A stretch of 64,000 nucleotides of DNA from Leucoraja erinacea (taxonomy: Eukaryota), in the NCBI RefSeq assembly GCF_028641065.1, contig NC_073396.1, forward strand, positions 558,001-622,000, in the 5' to 3' direction. Below the pieces are notes generated by a model. That model saw nothing but the letters and a program-made list of their open reading frames with translations, was not told the DNA's origin and did not search any database. Made by a program: the position numbers and the translations under genes. Below, piece by piece: positions 59,801 to 64,000 of this stretch (position 1 is the stretch's first letter; every line of letters begins with the position of its first letter).

Positions 59801-62800
59801 TGGTCTTTCTCTCTCATGCCTGACGTTGGGAAGTTTCTGCATGAGGAATGATTGTTTCTCTGGAGTTGATTTCACAGAAATATGCTCGCTCATTTAAAGG
59901 AAAAGTAAATGTTATGTCAACAAATACAACCATAAATTATTATTACAATCTTGATTTAATTGGTTGGATTGCAGCGCTATAGTTGGTAGGATTGCAGCGC
60001 TATAGTTGGCTAATTGATTTGTGATTTCCACTGGAAAAAAAAAGTACTTTAAAATGTCTAACCAAGTTTACTAGGTAATAAAACTAATTTGTACCAAAGA
60101 GCATAGATAGTATATATTCTCCAAACAAAGTAGCAATTCTTCATGTTCGGTCTGAAAATTAAGTAAATGTAGGTCAAAGATTCACCCTTAACTGTGTATG
60201 AAAGGCTTTAGGGGTAAAGTGCTCAATATGTGCTGGAAATGGCTATTCTGATATCACAGAGAGCAATTCTTCTAGTTTGCCCATCTGCAATTGTAAATCT
60301 GTTTTCTTGTGTAATTTCAATGTCTTGTAGGAATGATATAATCTGAAATGTATTATTATAGGTTTTGAATATAATTATTAATGACATTCTTTTGTAAATG
60401 TATACATTTCATTTTTGTTAATTGGTATTCTTTTTATTTTGCACAAGGGTTCACAAAAAGAGCTTCTAAACTTGAGTCAGCAGGACTATATAAACAGGAT
60501 TGGAGAGCTGAATCAGTCACTGAAGGATGCCTGGGCTACAGATCAGAAAGTGAAAGCGCTGAAGATAGTTATTCAGGTCAGCTTCAAACTAGCAAGCAAC
60601 TAAGCATGTTATTGTTCCCCCTGTTGGATAGTACTACAGCAAAGAACTACTTGCCATTTGCTCTAACAGCATTGGGTCAACCCAATTCTCACTTGTAGAA
60701 CACAATAGTGTAAATATTCAAAAGTAATTCAAATACTTGGCACTAGGTTTTACCATGTGGTACAGCTCTGATGTACTATTTTGTTGAATATCTGTGATCC
60801 AAAAATGTGGTTAGTATTGTGGTTTGAGTCAGTACATTTAATCCAGATTTAGACAGCATGGAAACAAGCCCTCAACTTGTCCACACTGACCAAGTTATCT
60901 ATCAGAGTTGGTCACATTTGCCTGAGTTTTTGTTGCCCCTGTGCATCTAAAACTGTTCCCATCTATGAAGCTGCAAAATGTATTTTAAACATTGTAATTG
61001 CATCGCCTCTACAGCTTTGGGTGGCAGCTCAATACAAAATGCTGGGGTAACTCAGTGGGTCAGGCAGCATCTGTGGAGAACATGGATAGGTGACGTTTCA
61101 CAGAGTGCTGGGGTAACTCAGTGGGTCAGGCAGCATCTGTGGAGAACATGGATAGGTGACGTTTCACAGAGTGCTGGAGTAACTCAGCGGGTCAGGCAGC
61201 ATCTGTGGAGAACATGGATAGGTGACGTTTCACAGAGTGCTGGAGTAACTCAGCGGGTCAAGCAGCATCTGTGGAGAACATGGATAGGTGACGTTTCACA
61301 GAGTGCTGGAGTAACTCAGTGGGTCAGGCAGCATCTGTGGAGAACATAGATAGGTGACGTTTCACAGAGTGCTGGAGTAACTCAGTGGGTCAGGCAGCAT
61401 CTGTGGAGAGAAGGAATGGGTGACGTTTTGGGTTGAGACACTTCTTCAGACAGCCACTTGTGTGACAGCTCATTCCATAGTCCCACCCACTATGTTCCAA
61501 CCAGTTCCCCTCTAGCAAGGGTGGATAGAGATGGCAACATATCCATCTTGGCAGTGGTGGCCAGATCTTGGAAAGTAATTTCTAAAAAAAGTATTAACTT
61601 TTTCGGTCCAAATATTAACTACTTCAGTATTTTTGTTTTTTTTCTCGGGAGATTATCATAATTGTATTCTGTTACTCTTTAGTGTTTTAACATGAGACTT
61701 TGTTCTATTTATAGTGCTCCAAGCTGCTCTCTGACACAAGCGTGATACAGTTTTATCCAAGCAAATTTGTGCTGATCACTGATATTTTGGATACGTTTGG
61801 TAAGATTCAGAAATGTCCATGACATGGTTTTTAATGTTGACAGACTGTTTTAGAGTTTTAAACTAAAAAGCAGAAATTACTGTACAAAACTATTGTGCAA
61901 AATGTGCTGCCTGGATGCAGCCAGAGGTCTTCACAGTTGGTTTGTTATGGGGACAAAAACAAGGGTCAAATGCAGGGGAAATAATTCACTGAAGAATTGA
62001 AGCTGATGGGCTTGATCAGTAAATGGCAGGTTTATTTATTAGAAAAAGCTTCTGTGAAATCTACACTTATCGCCCTGTCCCACTGTACGAGTTTATTCGA
62101 GAGCTCTCCCGAGTTTAAAAAAAAAATCAAACTCGTGGTAAGCACGGAGAATGTAAGCAGCGGGTACGTCGGAGCTCGGACGTCTCTTAGCGGCTCGTAA
62201 CGCTGATGGCAGGTACTCGGGGAAACGTGGTAAGCTCGGGAAGACTCGTGAAGATTTTTCAACATGTTGAAAAATGTCCACGAGAGCCCCGAGTACCGAC
62301 AGCGGCCATTACGGTAAATCTCTGAGTTCAAATCATAGCAAACATGGGAGAACTCTTTGAATGAACTCGTACAGTGGAACAGGGCTTTGAAGCTTCTGCA
62401 CCTTGTGAAAGGCACTGCATTTTGATGCCGGCTGAGTTTGTAACAACTGGTTGGACACTAATGTTACTTCGGTAATCACTCTCGCCATCACGTTGATTAA
62501 TTTGGAATGAAATGCCCTTGTGTTTACAAAATTGTAGCTTTTTGAAACATGATTTGAATCAGGATATTTGTTAATTATGATGAAGCAGCTGAATGTTGTT
62601 GCTGTTCCTTTCAATCTGACATTCCAACTGTGTAATCACTTCACCATCCCCAGCTTACTGGGAATGTTTCAGATTCAACGTCATCACTTTTAAAAGTAAT
62701 GATGTTGTGTCTACTACTGTGGTCAGCATTTATAGCGGTGTTCTTTCAAGATGATAAACAGTGGTACCTTTTGCATGTCTGCACATCCAGCATTGTGCAG

Positions 62801-64000
62801 CAGGGTTTTGCTCCATGTTAGTACTAGACTTGAATATAAACCAGCTGTCACAGTCTAAAGCAGAGTGGGCTGAGCTTGGGTTTGGACCTGTGGGCAGTTT
62901 ATGCAGTGAATCAAGCAGAGTTGTGCTCACTATCGTTTCTTTGTAGCTTTGTATACACACAGTTTAGTGTGCTATTTAAGTTAATGGCACCCAAAACCAC
63001 AAGTCTCTTCAAGATAGACAAAAATGCTGGAGAAACTCAGCGGGTGAGGCAGCATCTATGGAGCGAAGGAAATAGGCAACGTTTCGGGTCGAAACCCTTC
63101 TTCAGACATTGTTCAACATTATTCCCTGCATAGTCTTTCTGCTGTATGAACCAGCAGAAAGACTATATAGGGAAGTACCAGCGGTATTCTCTAATTTCAG
63201 ACAGTCCCTACTTTCTCCTCCCCTTCTCAGCTCTCCCTCAGCCCACTGGCTCCTCCTTTTCCTTTCTTCTTCCCGCCCCTTCACCCTCACATCAGTCTGA
63301 AGAAGGGTTTCGACCCGAAACGTCACCTATTCCTTCGCTCCATAGATGCTGTCTCACCCGATGAGTTTCTCCAGCATTTTTGTCTACCTTCGATTTTCCA
63401 GCATCTGCAGTTCCTTCTTAAACAACAGTCTCTTCAAGATATTGTGGTAAATTGAGATCCCTGAGAAATGCCTCACATTCTGCAAATTGGAGTTTGTTCC
63501 TTTTTTGCTTCCTATCTCAACCAATTACCAACCTCTAACCCTTATTCCCTGACATATACGCATTCCGTAAATATCGCCTTTTGAACGATTCTGATGATAA
63601 TGATCAGTCTGTATTTGCCACGACATTTGTAGACAATAAGTTACATGAATGATTATTTCTCTATTTTATTGCAGGTAAACTAGTACATGAGCGCATTCTG
63701 TCCATGTGTACCAAGAGCCGAATTCCCCTCGCTGGAACCAACATGTCAGGTCATTACGTAAAGGCATTAAATGTTGTGCCACTGTTTGGCCTCCTTATGT
63801 CAACTTTCATACGATGCATTCTAGTTCTGGTATTTGCGATGATATTCCTGTAGCGGTGATTCTTTCACAGGAAATTGTGAGAGTGATTTGAACAAACATA
63901 AAATGTGACATTTGTTGGAAATAGACACATATTTCATGTGGAGTACAGTTCAACATTTTTATATTTTCAGTAGTAAATATTGTATTTGTGTTGCAGATAA
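53544..64000 (+). CDS. VPS35L: VPS35L (C16orf62), Retriever complex subunit; 5' part (exons 1-9 and start of exon 10), runs off the window
   Basis: [16 protein letters not shown]...[104 protein letters not shown]. Confidence 0.96.
54840..55080 (+). mobile_element. RTE-clade LINE fragment
   Basis: V...LLY.S..W..Y...LKAL...HQ.CL.K...L.W, typical of the RTE ORF C-terminus. Confidence 0.6.
55329..55650 (+). mobile_element. CR1 LINE 3' end
   Basis: [27 protein letters not shown]. Confidence 0.88.
56717..56816 (+). CDS. VPS35L: VPS35L exon 2
   Basis: GT-AG, 100 nt, [17 protein letters not shown]...HPLKLIT. Confidence 0.94.
57285..57467 (+). CDS. VPS35L: VPS35L exon 3 (3' boundary uncertain)
   Basis: Acceptor tctctgcag; VTESK...DPLS..DG.DPLS; weak donor AAT|GTCAGC. 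Confidence 0.85.
58842..58946 (+). CDS. VPS35L: VPS35L exon 4 (5' boundary uncertain)
   Basis: [26 protein letters not shown]; donor ATA|GTAAGG; nearest in-frame acceptors are AAG/CAG ending 58838/58841. Confidence 0.8.
59108..59132 (+). CDS. VPS35L: VPS35L exon 5, 25-nt microexon (NLFLGSEK)
   Basis: Acceptor ccttttacag; donor AAG|GTAAGT. Confidence 0.9.
59224..59300 (+). CDS. VPS35L: VPS35L exon 6 (...[16 protein letters not shown])
   Basis: GT-AG, 77 nt. Confidence 0.93.
60448..60576 (+). CDS. VPS35L: VPS35L exon 7 (GSQKELLNL...ALKIVIQ)
   Basis: GT-AG, 129 nt. Confidence 0.94.
61032..61452. repeat. 66-bp tandem array (6 copies) amplified from a Penelope pLTR arm
   Basis: GCTGGRGTAACTCAG at 61041, 61107, 61173, 61239, 61305 and 61371. 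Confidence 0.93.
61715..61799 (+). CDS. VPS35L: VPS35L exon 8 (CSKLLSDT...LDTF)
   Basis: GT-AG, 85 nt. Confidence 0.94.
62072..62385. mobile_element. MITE with ~45-bp TIRs (Harbinger/PIF-like termini)
   Basis: GCCCTGTCCCACTGTACGAGTT... / ...AACTCGTACAGTGGAACAGGGC. Confidence 0.75.
63078..63105 (-). ncRNA. Minimal hammerhead ribozyme core (PLE-associated)
   Basis: Reverse strand CUGAAGA-A-GGGU(UUCG)ACCC-GAAAC-GUU. Confidence 0.55.
63297..63324 (+). ncRNA. Minimal type-I hammerhead ribozyme core (PLE-associated)
   Basis: CUGAAGA-A-GGGU(UUCG)ACCC-GAAAC-GUC. Confidence 0.6.
63675..63749 (+). CDS. VPS35L: VPS35L exon 9 ([11 protein letters not shown]...PLAGTNMS)
   Basis: Acceptor tttattgcag; phase-1 donor CAG|GTCATT; next acceptor ttgcag ends at 63996. 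Confidence 0.85.

Larger units (their letters stand above)
63016..63426. mobile_element. Fold-back Penelope-derived element with two intact hammerhead cores and 14-bp flanking duplication
   Basis: AGTCTCTTCAAGAT at 63002-63015 and 63427-63440; inverted arms. Confidence 0.85.

Noticed and set aside
60978-61349. 123-aa repeat ORF / retrozyme interpretation
   Set aside because: The 66-bp unit is a multiple of 3, and units lack the CUGANGA box, so they are not complete ribozymes.

Overview
Vertebrate genomic DNA, most likely from a cartilaginous fish (skate/ray type, inferred from the repeat landscape and protein divergence). It carries the conserved GDE1-CCP110-VPS35L block. GDE1 (glycerophosphodiester phosphodiesterase 1) is complete on the minus strand: 6 coding exons, 22983->8170, 327 aa. 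CCP110 (centriolar CP110) is complete on the plus strand: 13 coding exons, 31186-50661, ~977 aa once an apparent 2-nt insertion in the second coding exon is corrected. VPS35L (Retriever subunit, C16orf62) has its first 9 exons plus the start of exon 10 on the plus strand, from 53544 to the window end. Introns and intergenic DNA are filled with CR1 and Rex/Babar LINE fragments, Penelope-like elements, a full-length dead Tc1 transposon, MITEs and many minisatellites. The most interesting signals are: (i) a minisatellite made of 18 tandem copies of the GDE1 exon-2 splice donor; (ii) a family of short fold-back Penelope-derived elements carrying minimal hammerhead-ribozyme cores and target-site duplications; (iii) a composite insertion that splits the CCP110 CpG-island promoter; (iv) a dual-frame CCP110 last exon; (v) splice and frame anomalies that may be assembly errors. 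Gene identities and human comparisons are from recalled protein sequences, not from searches.
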